Source: the human T2T-CHM13v2.0 reference genome, Homo sapiens. From it: a stretch of DNA of 64,000 bases. The notes below the pieces were generated by a model. The model had not been told where the DNA came from. It was given only the letters and a program-made list of their open reading frames with translations, and ran no database searches. Positions within the stretch are counted from its first letter, which is position 1; every line of letters starts with the position of its first letter. The position numbers and the translations under genes are program-made. Location: assembly GCF_009914755.1 (NCBI RefSeq), contig NC_060937.1; one strand, given 5' to 3'. This document shows, piece after piece, positions 52,901-64,000 of the stretch.

Positions 52901-53794
52901 GGGTCAGGCAAGTCCGTGCTCGGGCTCCCCATGTGCAAGCTCAGGAAGTGGCTCCAATGTGGATCAGAGGGCAGTTGCCTTGCCTCTGGGGTAATGTTCT
53001 AGGGAGGAGTGCAGCTTCTTCTGCTGCATAAAATAATCTGCACAGGGAGCGGTGGGTAGCCGGCAGCAGTAAGCTCCACTCAGCTCCCATGCACTTGGCA
53101 AGGCACATCTCACACTCACAGTGTTCTACTAGCAACAGCTAGCTGAGTTCCAGGCAGCCTCTACCCAGAACTCAAAACTGGTGGAGAACACAGCTTTCAG
53201 GCCATGCCCCTCCCAGTCAACCTATGAAGCAGGTGGCTATAAGCACACTTTCCGCTTGCTACTCCATTCTGGCTGATGGGGCTCATCCCCACTCAAGATC
53301 ATATTGAAAATTTCAGCTGGGAGATTCTCTCAACCTGTGACCAACACCTGAGTTAGCTGGCCAACTTCCATGATGTCCCTTGTGAGGTGAGAATAGGAAT
53401 GGCTCTGTACCCATTGGGGTCTGGGAGTGCATGCAAAGCACATCCTGATGCCGCTTCTTCTATATTCCCCACCTCTCACTAAATCAGCTCCAGAGCCTGG
53501 AAGGGTTAACACCTTCACCTGTGGCCTAGATCGCCCAGCTCCCTGTGGGAGTGTGTGTCACAGCATCATCTCTCTCCCTCTCATGACCTGGAGACTCACA
53601 CTTTTCTGTATGGCCCACAGTGTAGGCTGCAGCCCATTGCTTCTTTCAAAAGGCCTGTGGTTTCTTTGACTTTTTCTGTTAAGTTCCTGTGTTGCTTCAT
53701 GGAAAACCGAGTTCACAGAATAAATCTTAACACACTATTTTTGCCTTTCCAAGTGGGAGAGGCAGGCAAACATTGACTCTAATCTACCATCTTG
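46980..53794 (-). mobile_element. Long L1PB (PB2/PB3-like): 3'UTR, ORF2 with a large internal deletion near 49245, ORF1, long 5'UTR carrying LTR8A
   Basis: 3' end ttttatttcaatagctttaggggtaca. ORF2 remnants LVQPLWK..WRFLKEL...LPFDPAI and YLENTKD.SKRLL. ORF1 coiled-coil remnant KEIDILKKNQS (50115..50447). The 5' end reads CAAGATGG on the minus strand. Confidence 0.88.
51520..52266 (+). mobile_element. Solo LTR8A-like (ERV1) LTR
   Basis: aaactgcttttgcaaagattat...gactccatcttgcttcta...CCAAT...AATAAA...ggcagcgggcaaggtgaacccattgtgcggttaca. TSD tgat/tggt. Confidence 0.9.
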
Positions 53795-55134
53795 CGGGGG
53801 GGTGGGGATGGGGGTGGGGAACAGTTTTATCTTTAAAGTGACCAATAATGTCTCTCCAGGATAGAATAAAGCAATCTTTCATATAAGTAGCAGATTAAGA
53901 AAATGGCAACAAGGAATCTCACCAGATCTTCACAACTAGGTTAATTTTGTTATTGCTTTAAATCTCCTTAATAAAAGTAACTACTTAGACAATTTTTTTT
54001 TGTAGTTAACAACACACTTGCACAATATTCAGGGCAATCAGTATATATGCAAATTTAACTACTAATATATTCACTTCAATCAGTAAAGTATGCAGAAACG
54101 TAATAGTTGAAGTGTTCAGCTTAGGTAGTAAACAGTATGCAGCTGGCTCTATAAAAATAAAATATGACTATGACATAAAGAAAATTTACAAAACGTTTAA
54201 ATCTCAAGACTGCTGTCCAGGTTTTCATCAACAATATAATTTGATAAATATGTTAATCAATAGCAAATCAGTGCAATTAACAGTTTGTTGGATTTTATTG
54301 CTTTCAATTTCAGTGACATCTCATATCAAATGAAACAATATCTCTTGTATCAAATGAAGTAATATGTATTTGTAAAATAAAAGGCAAAAAGAAAAAAGTA
54401 AAATAAAAATGAAAATAAAGGTTTCTAAAATGTTGAATATTTCTGCTCTACGTGTATAATCTTTTTGGGTACCAAATCCTAATGGCATATGCTCTAGAAT
54501 AACAGTAATAAAACAACTATTTATATCTCCCCTTCCCTGATTAAGGCAATGCAAATGTAGGTTGTTAATATCTGGTATGTAAAATAAAACAGTTTAATAT
54601 TTTTAGAGTTCACAAGATTGGAAACCAGATCATTTATTGAAACCAAGCTTATAAAAATTATAAGCCTAGAAATTGAATGTTATATGTAGCTATAAAAACT
54701 TAACTAACTATGCTGTCATGGGGGAAATCCTTTAACCTTGTTTATATATTTATTATTATTTATTTATTTATTTTCATTTTTTATTTTTCCATAAGTTATT
54801 GGGGTACAGGTGGTATTTGGTTACATAAGTAAGTCCTTTGGTGGTGATTTGTGAGATTTTGGTGCACCCTTCCCTGGAGCAGTGTACACTGCACCATATT
54901 TGTAGTCTTATCCCTCGCCCCCCTCCCACTCTTCCCCCCAAGTGCCCAAAGTCCATTGTCCATTACATCATTCCTATGCCTTTGCGTCCTCATAGCTTAG
55001 CTCCCTCATATCAGTAAGAACATATGATGTTTGGTTTTCCATTCTTTAGTTACTTCACTTAGAATAATAGTCTACAGTCTCATCCAGGTCACTGCAAATG
55101 CTGTTAATTCATTCCTTTTTATAGCTGCAAAGTA

Positions 55135-55331
55135 TTCCATCTCATACATAAATATATATTCCATCATATATATATATTCCATCATATGTATATATTCCAT
55201 CATCTATATATATTCCATCATATATATATATTCCATCATCTATATATATTCCATCGTATATATATCTCATATATATCATCATATATATATACACCATCAT
55301 ATATATATACACCATCATATATATATATACA

Positions 55332-55374
<43 letters not shown>

Positions 55375-55395
55375 TCATATATATATCTCTCTCTC
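55135..55395. repeat. (TTCCATC/ACCATC-(AT)n) compound minisatellite inside L1PB1
   Basis: About ten ccatcatatata.. units. They produce the Ile/Tyr/His-repeat ORFs. Confidence 0.95.
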
Positions 55396-56844
55396 ACAGT
55401 TTCTTTATCCACTGATTGATTGACAGGCATTTGGGCTGGTTCTATGATTTTGCTATTGTCAATTGTGCTGCTATAAACACGTGTGTGCACGTATCTTTTT
55501 TGAATAATGACCTCTTTTCCTCTGGGTAGATACCCAGTAGTGAGATTTCTGGATCAAACGGCAGTTCTACTTTTAGTTCTTTAAGAAACCTCTACACTGT
55601 TTTCCATAGTGGCTATTCTAGTTCTCACCAGCAGTGTAGAAGTGTTCCCTGTTCACTGCATCCATGCCAACATCTATTGTTCTTTGTTTTTTTGATTATG
55701 GCCATTCTTGCAGGAGTAAGGTGGTATCACAATGTGGTTTTGATTTGCATTTCCCTGATCATTAGTGATGTTGAGCATTTTTTTCAATATGTTTGTTGTC
55801 CATTTATATATCTTCTTTTGAGGATTGTATATTCATGTCCTTAGCCCACTTTTTGATGGGGTTGTTTGATTTTTTTTTTCTTACTGATTTGTTTGAGTTC
55901 ATTGTAGATTCTGAATATTAGTCTTTTGTCAGATGTTAGATTGTGAAGATTTTTTCCCACTCTATGGGTTGTCTCTTTACTCTGCTGGCTGTTCCTTTTG
56001 GCTTGCAAATGCTCTTTAGTTTAATTAGGTCCTAGCTATTTATCTTTGTTTCTTTTGCATTTGCTTTTGGGTTTTTGGTCATGAAATCCTTGCCTGTGCC
56101 AATGTCTAGAAGGGTTTTTCCAATGTTATCGTCTAGAATTTGTTTAGTTTCAGGTCTTAGGTTTAAGTCTTTAATCCATCTTGAGTTGATTTTTGTATAT
56201 GGTGAGAGATGAGGATCCAGTTTCACTCTCCTACATGTGGCTAGCCAATTATCCCAGCACCATTTGTTGGAAAGGGTATCTTTCCCCACTTTATGTTTTT
56301 GTTTGCTTTTTCAAAGATCAGTTGGCTGCAAGTATTTGAGTTTATTTCCGAGTTCTCTATTCTGTTCCATTGGTCTATGTGCCTATTTTTATACCAGTAC
56401 CATGCTGTTTTGGTGACTATGGCCCTATAGTATAGTGTGAAATCAGGTAGTGCGATGCCTCCAGATTTGCTCTTTTTGCTTAGTCTTGCTTTGGCTATGT
56501 GGACTCTTTTTTGGTTCCATGTGAATTAAAAATATTTTTTTTCTAATTCTGTGAAGAATGAGGTGGTATTTTCATGGAAATTGCATTAAATTTATAGATT
56601 GCTTTTGGCAGTCTGGCCATTTTCACAATATTGATTCTACCCATCCATGAGCATGGGATGTGTTTCCATTTGTTTGTGTCATCTGATTCTTTTCAGCAGT
56701 GTTTTGTACTTTTCCTTGTAGAGGTCTTTCGAATCGAAAGACCTTATGTGTATTCCTAAATATTTAATTTTTTTGCAGCTATTGTAAAAGGGGTTGAGTC
56801 CTTGATTTGATTCTCTGCTTGGTTGCCATTGGTGCATAGAAGAG

Positions 56845-57372
56845 CTACTGATTTGTGTACATTAATCTTATATCCGGAATCTTTGTTGAATATTTTATCA
56901 GTTCTAGGAGCTTTCTGGAGGAGTCCTTAGGGTTTTCAAGGTAAATGATCATATCGTCAGCAAACAGTGACAGTTTGACTTCCTCTTTACCAATTTGGAT
57001 GCCCTTTATTTCTTTCTCTTGTCTGATTGCTCTTGCTAGGACTCCCAGGACTATGTTGAAGAGGAGTGGTGAGAGTGGGCATCCTTGTCTTGCTCCAGTT
57101 CTCAGAAGGAACGCTTTCAACTGCTTTTCATTCAGTATTATGTTGGCTGTGGGTTTGACATAGATGGCTTTTATCACACTAAGGTATGTCCCTTGTATGC
57201 CAATTTTGCTGAGAGTTTTAATCATAAAAGGATGCTGGATTTTGTCGAATGTTTTTTCTGCATCTATTGAGATGATCATGTGATTTTTGTTTTTAATTCT
57301 GTTTATGTGGTGTATCACATTTATTGACTTGCATATGTTAAACCAACCCTGCATCCCTGGTATGAAACCCAC
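56845..57372 (-). pseudogene. L1 ORF2 reverse-transcriptase core remnant
   Basis: [37 protein letters not shown] and LFADDM motifs; the frame is broken on both sides. Confidence 0.95.
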
Positions 57373-58884
57373 TTGATGATTGTGGATAATCTTTTTAATA
57401 TGTTGTTGGATTCAGTTAGCTAGTATTTTGTTAAGGATTTTAGCATCTATGTTCATGAAGGATATCAGTCTGTAATTTTCTTTTTTTGATTATGTCCTTT
57501 CCTGGTTTTGGTATTAGGGTGATGCTGGCTTCATAAAATGAATTAGGGAGGGTTCCTTCTTTCTCTGTCTTGTGGAATAGTGTCAAAAGGATTGGTACCA
57601 ATTCTTTTTTGAATGTCTGGTAGAATTCTGCTGTGAATCCATCTGGTCCTGGACTCTTATTTGTTGGTAATTTTTAAATTACCATTTTAATCTCACTGCT
57701 TGTTTTTGGTCTGTTCAGGGTATCTAGTTCTTCCTGATTTAAACTAGGAGGGTTGTATTTTTCCAGAAATTTATCCATCTCTTCTAGGTTTTCTAGTTTA
57801 TGTTCATAAAGGTGTTCATAGTAGCCTTGAATGATCTTTTGTACTTCAGTGGTGTCAGTTGTAATATCTGCTGTTTCGTTTCTTGGTAATGTTATTTGGA
57901 TTTTCTCTCTTCTTTTATTGGTTAATCTTGCTAATGGCCTATCAATTTTATTTATCTTTTCAAAGAACCAGCTTTTTGTTTCATTTATCTTTTGTATACT
58001 TTTTTTGTTTCAATTTCATTTAGTTCTGCTCTTATCTTGGTAATTTCCTTTCTTCTGCTGGGTTTGGGTTTGGTTTGTTCTTGTTTCTCTAGTTCCTTTG
58101 TTCTTGTTTCTCTAGTTCCTTGAGGTTCAACCTTACAATGTCAGTTTGTGCTCTTTCAGTCTTTTTGATGTAGGTGCTTAGCATTATGAACTTTCCTGTT
58201 AACATCGCATTTGCGTTTCCAGAGGATTTGATAGGTTGTGTCATTATTGTCATTCAGTTTGAAGAATTTTTTAATTTCCATCTTGATTTCGGTTTTGACT
58301 CAATGCTCACTCAGGATCAGGTTATTTAATTTTCATGTATTTGCATGGTTCTGAAGTTTCCTTTTAGAGTTAATTTCCAGTTTTATTCCACTGTGGTCTG
58401 AGAGGTTGCTTGATATAATTTCAATTTTCTTAAATTTATTGAGGCTCATTCTAGGGCCTATCATATGGTCTATCTTGGAGAGAGTTCCATGCATTGTTGA
58501 ATAGAATGTGTATTCTGCAGTTTTTGGATAAAATGTTCTGTATATATCTGTCCATTTGTTCCAGGGTATAGTTTAAATCCATTGTTTCTTTGTTGACTTG
58601 CTGTCTTGATCATCTGTCTAGTGCTGTCAGTGGAGTACTGAAGTCCCCCACTATTATTGTGTTGCTGTCTATCTCATTTTTCAGATCTATTAGTAATTTT
58701 TTAAATAAATTTTGGAGCTCCAGTGTTAGGTGCATGTGTGTTTAGGATTGTGATATTTTCCTGTTTGACAAGGTCTGTTACCATTATCTAATGTCCCTCT
58801 TTGCCTCTTTAAACTGTTATTACTTTAAAATGTGTTTTGTCTGATACAAGAATAGCTACCCCTACTCACTTTTGGTGTCCATTC

Positions 58885-59390
58885 TCATGAAATGCCTTGT
58901 TCTACCCCTTTAAGTTTATGTGAGTCCTTATGTGTTAGGTGAGTCCTCTGAAGACAGCAGATAGTTGGTTCATGAGTTTGTATCCATTCTGTGGTTCTGT
59001 ATCTTTTAGGTGGAGCATTTAGGCCATTTACATTCAATGTTAGTATTGAGATGTGAGATACCATTGCATTTGTAGTGCTTTTTGTTGCCTGTTTACTTTG
59101 TTTTTTGTTTTTGCTTTTTAACATGTATTTTTGTTTTATAGGTTCTGTGTGATTTATGCTTTAAAGGTGCTCTATTTTGATGTGTTTCCAGGATTTGTTT
59201 CAAGATTTAGAGCTCCTTCTAGCAGTTCTTGCAGTGGTGGCTTGGTAATGGTGAATTCTCTCAGCATTTGTTTATCTGAAAATGACTGTATCTTTCCTTT
59301 ATATATGATGGTTAGTTTCATAACTTCATATATGATGGTTAGTTTGGCTGATAATTGTTTTGTTTGAGGAGGCTGAAGATAGGGCCCCAA
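58885..59390 (-). pseudogene. L1 ORF1 C-terminus and ORF2 endonuclease N-terminus remnants
   Basis: FSDKQMLREFTITKPPLQELL (ORF1); HISILTLNVNGLNAP..R..EWI....PTICCLQ.THL (ORF2 EN). Confidence 0.9.
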
Positions 59391-61861
59391 TCCCTTCTAG
59401 CCTGGAGGGTTTCTGCTGAGAAATCTGCTGTTAACCTGACAGATTTTCCTTTGTAGGTTACCTGGTGCTTCTCTCTCACAGCTCTTAAGATTATTTCCTT
59501 CATCTTAACTTTGGATAACCTGATGACAATGTGCCTAGGTGGAGATGTTTTTGCGATAAATTTTCAAGGTGTTCTTTGTGCTTCTTGTATTTGGATGTCT
59601 AGGTCTCTAGCAAAGCCAGGGAAGTTTTCTTTGATTATTCCCCCAAATATGTTTTCCAAGCTTTTAGAATTCTCTTCTTCCTCAGGAACACCAATTATTC
59701 TTAAGTTTGGTCATTTAACATAATCCCAGACTTCTTGGAGAATTTGTTCATATTTTCTTATTCTTTTTTCTTTGTTTTTGTTGGATTGGGTTAATTGGAA
59801 GACCTTGTCTTCAAGTTCTGAATTGTTTTCTTTTACTTGTTCAATTCTATTGCTGAGATTTTCAAGAGCATTTCACATTTCTAAAAGTGTATCCAAAGTT
59901 TCCTGAATTTTTGATTATTTTTATTTAAGCTATTTATTTCTTTGAATATTTCTCCCTTCATTTCTTGTATCATTTTTTGGATTTCCTTGCATTGGGCTTC
60001 GCCTTTCTCTGATCCCTCCCTGATTAGCTTAATAACTATCCTCCTGATTTTTTTTTAAAGGTAAATCAGGGATTTCTTCTTGGTTTGGATCCATTGCTGG
60101 TGAACTAGTGTAATTTTTGGGTGGTGTTGAAGAGCCTTCTTTTATCATATTACCAGGATTGGTTTTCTGGTTCCTTCTCATTTGGGAAGGCTCTGTCAGA
60201 GGTAAGGTCTAGTGCTGAAGGCTGTTGTTCAGATTCTTTTGTCCCACGGGGTGTTCCCTGGCTGTAGTACTCTCCCCCTTTTCCTATGGATGTGGCTTCC
60301 TATGAGGTTAACTGCAGTGATTGTTCTCTCTCTTCTCGGTCTAGCCACCCAGAGATTCTACCCAGCTCTGGACTGGTACTGGGGGTTTTCTGCAGAGAGT
60401 GCTGTGATGTGAACCATCTATGGGTCTCTGAGTCGTGGATACCTGCATCTGTTCAGTTGGAGGTTGGGGTGGGGGGTTGCAATGGACTCTGTGAGGGTTC
60501 TTAGCTTTGGTGATTTAATGCTCTATTTTTGTGCTGGTTGGTGTCCTACCAGTAGGTGGTGCTTTCCAGAAAGCATAAGATGTAGTAATATAGAGAGGGA
60601 CTAGCAGTGGGTGGGACCCTAGAACTCCCAAAATTATATGCCCTTTGTGTTCCACCACTAGGGAAGGGACATCAGGTGGGAGCGGGGCTAGGCACCTCTG
60701 AGCTCAGATTCTCCTTGGGCTGGTCTTGCTGTGGCTGGTGTAGGTGATGGGGGTGAGATTCCCAGGTCGCTGGAGTTGTATACGTAGGAGGATTATGGCT
60801 GCCTCTGCTGAGTCATGCAGGTTGTCAGGGAAGTGGGGCAAAGTCAGCAGTCACAGGCCTCACCCAGCTTCCACACAAACTGAAGGGCCGGTCTCACTCC
60901 CACTGGGCCGCCTGCAACAGCCCTGAGTCTGTTTCCAGGTGGAGGGCGTGACAGATTTGAAAACTTGCCCTGGGTTACCCTCCTTCCAGCTGCGAAAGTA
61001 AAGGGCTTGGTTCTTCCCTTGCCTGTAGTCTGCACACTAGATTTGCACCTTCCCCTGAGTTCTGGCCAGGAGGCTCCTGGCCCCATTCAAATTATTACTA
61101 AGTCCAGCTAGAGATGTCCTTCCCCCTGTGGAGTTTTACCCCCTGTTCCTGTGGTCACCCCCCCAATAGATCCCTGTGGTATCAGGCAGTAATAGCCTGA
61201 CAGGGGACAAAGTGAGCTCCCGTGGCCTTTCTGCTGCCACTTCTACCCCTATATTTTGCTGGGGTCTCTAAATTGACTCAGCTCCAGGTAAAGTCAGAAA
61301 CTTCTCCAGCAAACAGGCCTTCAGCTTCTGCTTCAGCTTCTCCAGTGGAGGTGTGTGTTCGGAGAGAAGGGTCTCCCTTTCCCACTTCCACGGTTGGGGC
61401 ATTCACAGTGTTTGGGGTGTCTCCCAGGTCCTGCAGAAGCAATCCACTTTTTTCAGATGGTCTGTGGGTCCTCTTGGGATTGCTGGTTTGTTCTTGCAGT
61501 TGATCTGGAGCTAAAATTCACAGTGTGAGCTTCTGCAAGCTGCTCTGTCTGGAGCTTCAATCTAGTCTTGCCTCCCGTCCACCATGGTCACCAAACTCAA
61601 CCTTGTATATTTAGATAAGAAATCTATTAACTCCTTTGGGTTTAAATGCTGTCTTTGAAAGAATTCATTTTTCTTTTTGTTTTTTAATCTTCCCTTTTTT
61701 TCAATTTTTCACAAACATTTCAATTTTACTTTTAAATTATTTTTAAATTTATATTATTTCATATCTAAATATAGAATTACTTTAAATTTTCCCACTTTTT
61801 TTTTCTTACCTCAGCCATTAAAGCAGTTGTAGAACATTATCTATCTCTTGGAAAACTTGAC

Positions 61862-62358
61862 TGTCATAGATGGATATTGTGAATTATCTATCACACCCCC
61901 ATGTCAACATCCTAGTGTGAATAATGTAGAAAGCTACAAATTCTATTTTATACTTTCTTTGCAACCAGGATTGTCACTATTTAGAAGGATGAGCCATTTA
62001 GGTTCTGCCAATCAGATGCACTAAGAGGTGCAAAGAGTGGAAAATCCATTTTGCTGGATTATGGCAGAAGCAATGTTTAGAAGCCAGGAGCTATAGTAGC
62101 AGCTTTTTGATTTTTGAAGAGGCTCAAGGTTTGCAAGCAGTGTTTATGGTGGCAAATCTAATATTCTGCCTGATGTTGGCAAAGGAGCAACTCTTCCTAT
62201 GACCAAGGCCAATATGTGTTTTGGGGATTTGTTTTTGGAGCTCACACTATTGATTCAGCCCTCCAGATCTTCCCAGGAGTGAGATTCAGCCGTGAATGCC
62301 TTTCTATTTAAACTAGCCAGAGTAAATTTGGCTGTTTTTAATTGGGTATACTGATAAA
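61862..62358 (+). mobile_element. Old ERVL/MaLR LTR (LTR33-like)
   Basis: ttgcaaccagg...taggttctgccaatcagatgcact...cctttctatttaaactagccagagt...actgata. Confidence 0.65.
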
Positions 62359-62396
62359 GACAGTAATTAATAGATAGAAGTAGTGCAGTACACTAA

Positions 62397-62546
62397 TCTT
62401 GCTAATTAAAGTGTGGTCCTCGACTGATATCGACTGGGAGCTTATTAAAAATGTTAAATCTCAGAACCCATACCAGACCTTCCAGTTCAGAACTTGCATT
62501 TTAACAGAATCCCCAGATGATCTGTATGCACATTAAAATGGAAGCC
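62397..62546. mobile_element. MER5A/B relic
   Basis: aaagtgtggtcct...gggagcttattaaaaatg...tgcattttaacagaatccccagatgatctgtatgcacattaaa. Confidence 0.85.
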
Positions 62547-62589
62547 TAAAAATAAGTAAGTAAATAAATAAATAATAAAAAGCATTTTT

Positions 62590-63560
62590 TAAAAAATGTA
62601 TGCATTGGCTTGGTAAAGGTGAACAGGAGATGAGTGGTAAAGGATGATATATCAGCGGCTAAAATAATAACTTATATACAATATGCAGTGGCCAAAATAG
62701 GTGCTTAAATTGTTTCTTGATGTAAGGTAAAAGACAGACTATATATTTAGACTGTTAGAGAAATTGATGGAAAAATGATAATATTGGTATGTTTAGGCTG
62801 TTTCTCACAGTTTTCAGAAATATCCCAAAGAAAGGATATTTCAAATAGACCAGATGATATTCATTCTTATGCAGAGATGTAAAAGTACACAGCAAAAGAA
62901 ATCCTAAATCCTGCAACTGAAATTACCCAAAAGTTAAATGATTTGGATTATTCTAGGGCTTAAAAGCCAATTGCAGATACACTTCAAATTACTGAAGCAG
63001 TAAGGAATAGTTGCGGCAGAAGTATACCTAAACAGAAGTTAAGGCTGTGATCACAGGGTTTTATTTTGCTTTTGGTTTTCTGTTTGCTTTCTATTAAATG
63101 TTTTCTGAAAGTCAATGGGATCTAGCACTGAGACTATATCAGATTGGATGTGTAGCCTTCAGTCCCAGGCCTTACGAGAGCCGCCATTCATTTGAAGATG
63201 GAAGAGGTGAGCAGGGCACTGAGACAGCATGTGAAAGACAAGAGAATTCAATCTTGAAGTCTTTGGTTGTAATTTTCACATAGAATTGACTGGAAGCTAA
63301 TGGTCAGGAATTCAGTTGGGCTTTTGAGGTAACAAGGTAACTATATTGCCAGAGGAACTTGAGATGGAATTTGGACAAGTCACAAATAAATGTCTAGTCT
63401 TCACCCAGCTGTAGCTTCAGGAACTATATACTTCCCAAAGTCTTTCTCATTTGTGAGCACACAAGACAGTGGTCAGTCAAAAAAAATGTCCAGGAAGGCA
63501 AATTCAGATATAAAAGGAGGACAAAAGATAGGAAGCCCTTCTCAGAGATCTTAATCAGTG
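62590..63560 (+). mobile_element. Probable old MaLR/ERVL internal sequence
   Basis: atgtatgcattggctt...atatgcagtggccaaaa...ttaaattgtttc resembles MLT-internal; very diverged. Confidence 0.4.
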
Positions 63561-64000
63561 ACTGCTAGACAGTCTAAGTACTCTCTTGCATACTCCTACT
63601 CAGAAGAATCTTACCATCGCTAATCCACTGACAGCTGAGATTTTCCAGTTATTCGTTTTCAAATAAAGTTTTCATTATGATTATTATTTTTCTTTTCTAA
63701 TTATATATGTTGGTTATATAATGAAAGGTAATTTATTTTTTAGTTTATTACCTGCTGCTCTCTGGTCGAACCAGATCTCACATCCATTTCTGATGGGGAG
63801 AACTATATGACTACATAGCAGAATCTGATCTGAAGGAGTTTAGGGCAAATTATTTCCTTTGTTCAACTTATAAGTGGATTATGTTAATCAGAAAAGGGTT
63901 ATATTAATATGTGGATGTGTAAATAGCAAAGGAGTAGATTTTGCAGGGACTCCTTGTTGTCTAACCTATTATTATATTAGTCTTTGTCCTTTGTGACAGA

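Larger units (their letters stand above)
54746..61598 (-). mobile_element. Full-length L1PB1 (about 6.85 kb), both ORFs disrupted
   Basis: TSD aaccttgtttat (54734-54745) / aaccttgtatat (61599-61610); L1PB1 3'UTR; ORF2, ORF1 and 5'UTR are colinear. Confidence 0.95.

Noticed and set aside
52016-53776. Dense overlapping ORFs in GC-richer DNA, suggesting a gene or CpG island
   Set aside because: The region lies within LTR8A and the L1PB 5'UTR. It is CpG-depleted and has no recognisable protein domain.
55031-55423. Ile/Tyr/His repeat proteins
   Set aside because: These are translations of a TA-rich minisatellite.
56845-57372. Reverse transcriptase as part of a novel retro-system
   Set aside because: It is an ordinary LINE-1 ORF2 fragment within a decayed L1PB1.

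Overview
This is AT-rich primate (human-like) genomic DNA, either intergenic or deep intronic, and most of it is interspersed repeats. I see no supportable host protein-coding exon, RNA gene, CpG island or CRISPR array. The ORF-track entries are decayed L1/ERV fragments, repeat read-throughs or chance ORFs. The main elements are: a full-length antisense L1PB1 with TSDs (54.7-61.6 kb); a second long antisense L1PB with a solo LTR8A in its 5'UTR; an L1MA8/9 carrying an AluJ and a solo HERV-E LTR2; two 5'-inverted (twin-primed) L1s; a deleted HERV-S/HERVL18 provirus with LTR18; a complete THE1D provirus inside an AluJ; Tigger1; several MLT1/ERVL LTRs; 13 Alus or Alu fragments; and L2/MIR/MER5 relics. 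Subfamily names come from recalled consensus sequences and need RepeatMasker/Dfam confirmation. I found no evidence of a new biological system. The most unusual signals are small mutational scars: a 70-bp inverted templated copy of the LTR18 poly(A) region with flanking duplications (5450-5632), a tRNA-Ser PBS-like segment at the end of a 3' LTR, a palindrome replacing L1 sequence (56722-56744), an unexplained 91-nt hairpin (6614-6704), and atypical Alu insertions.
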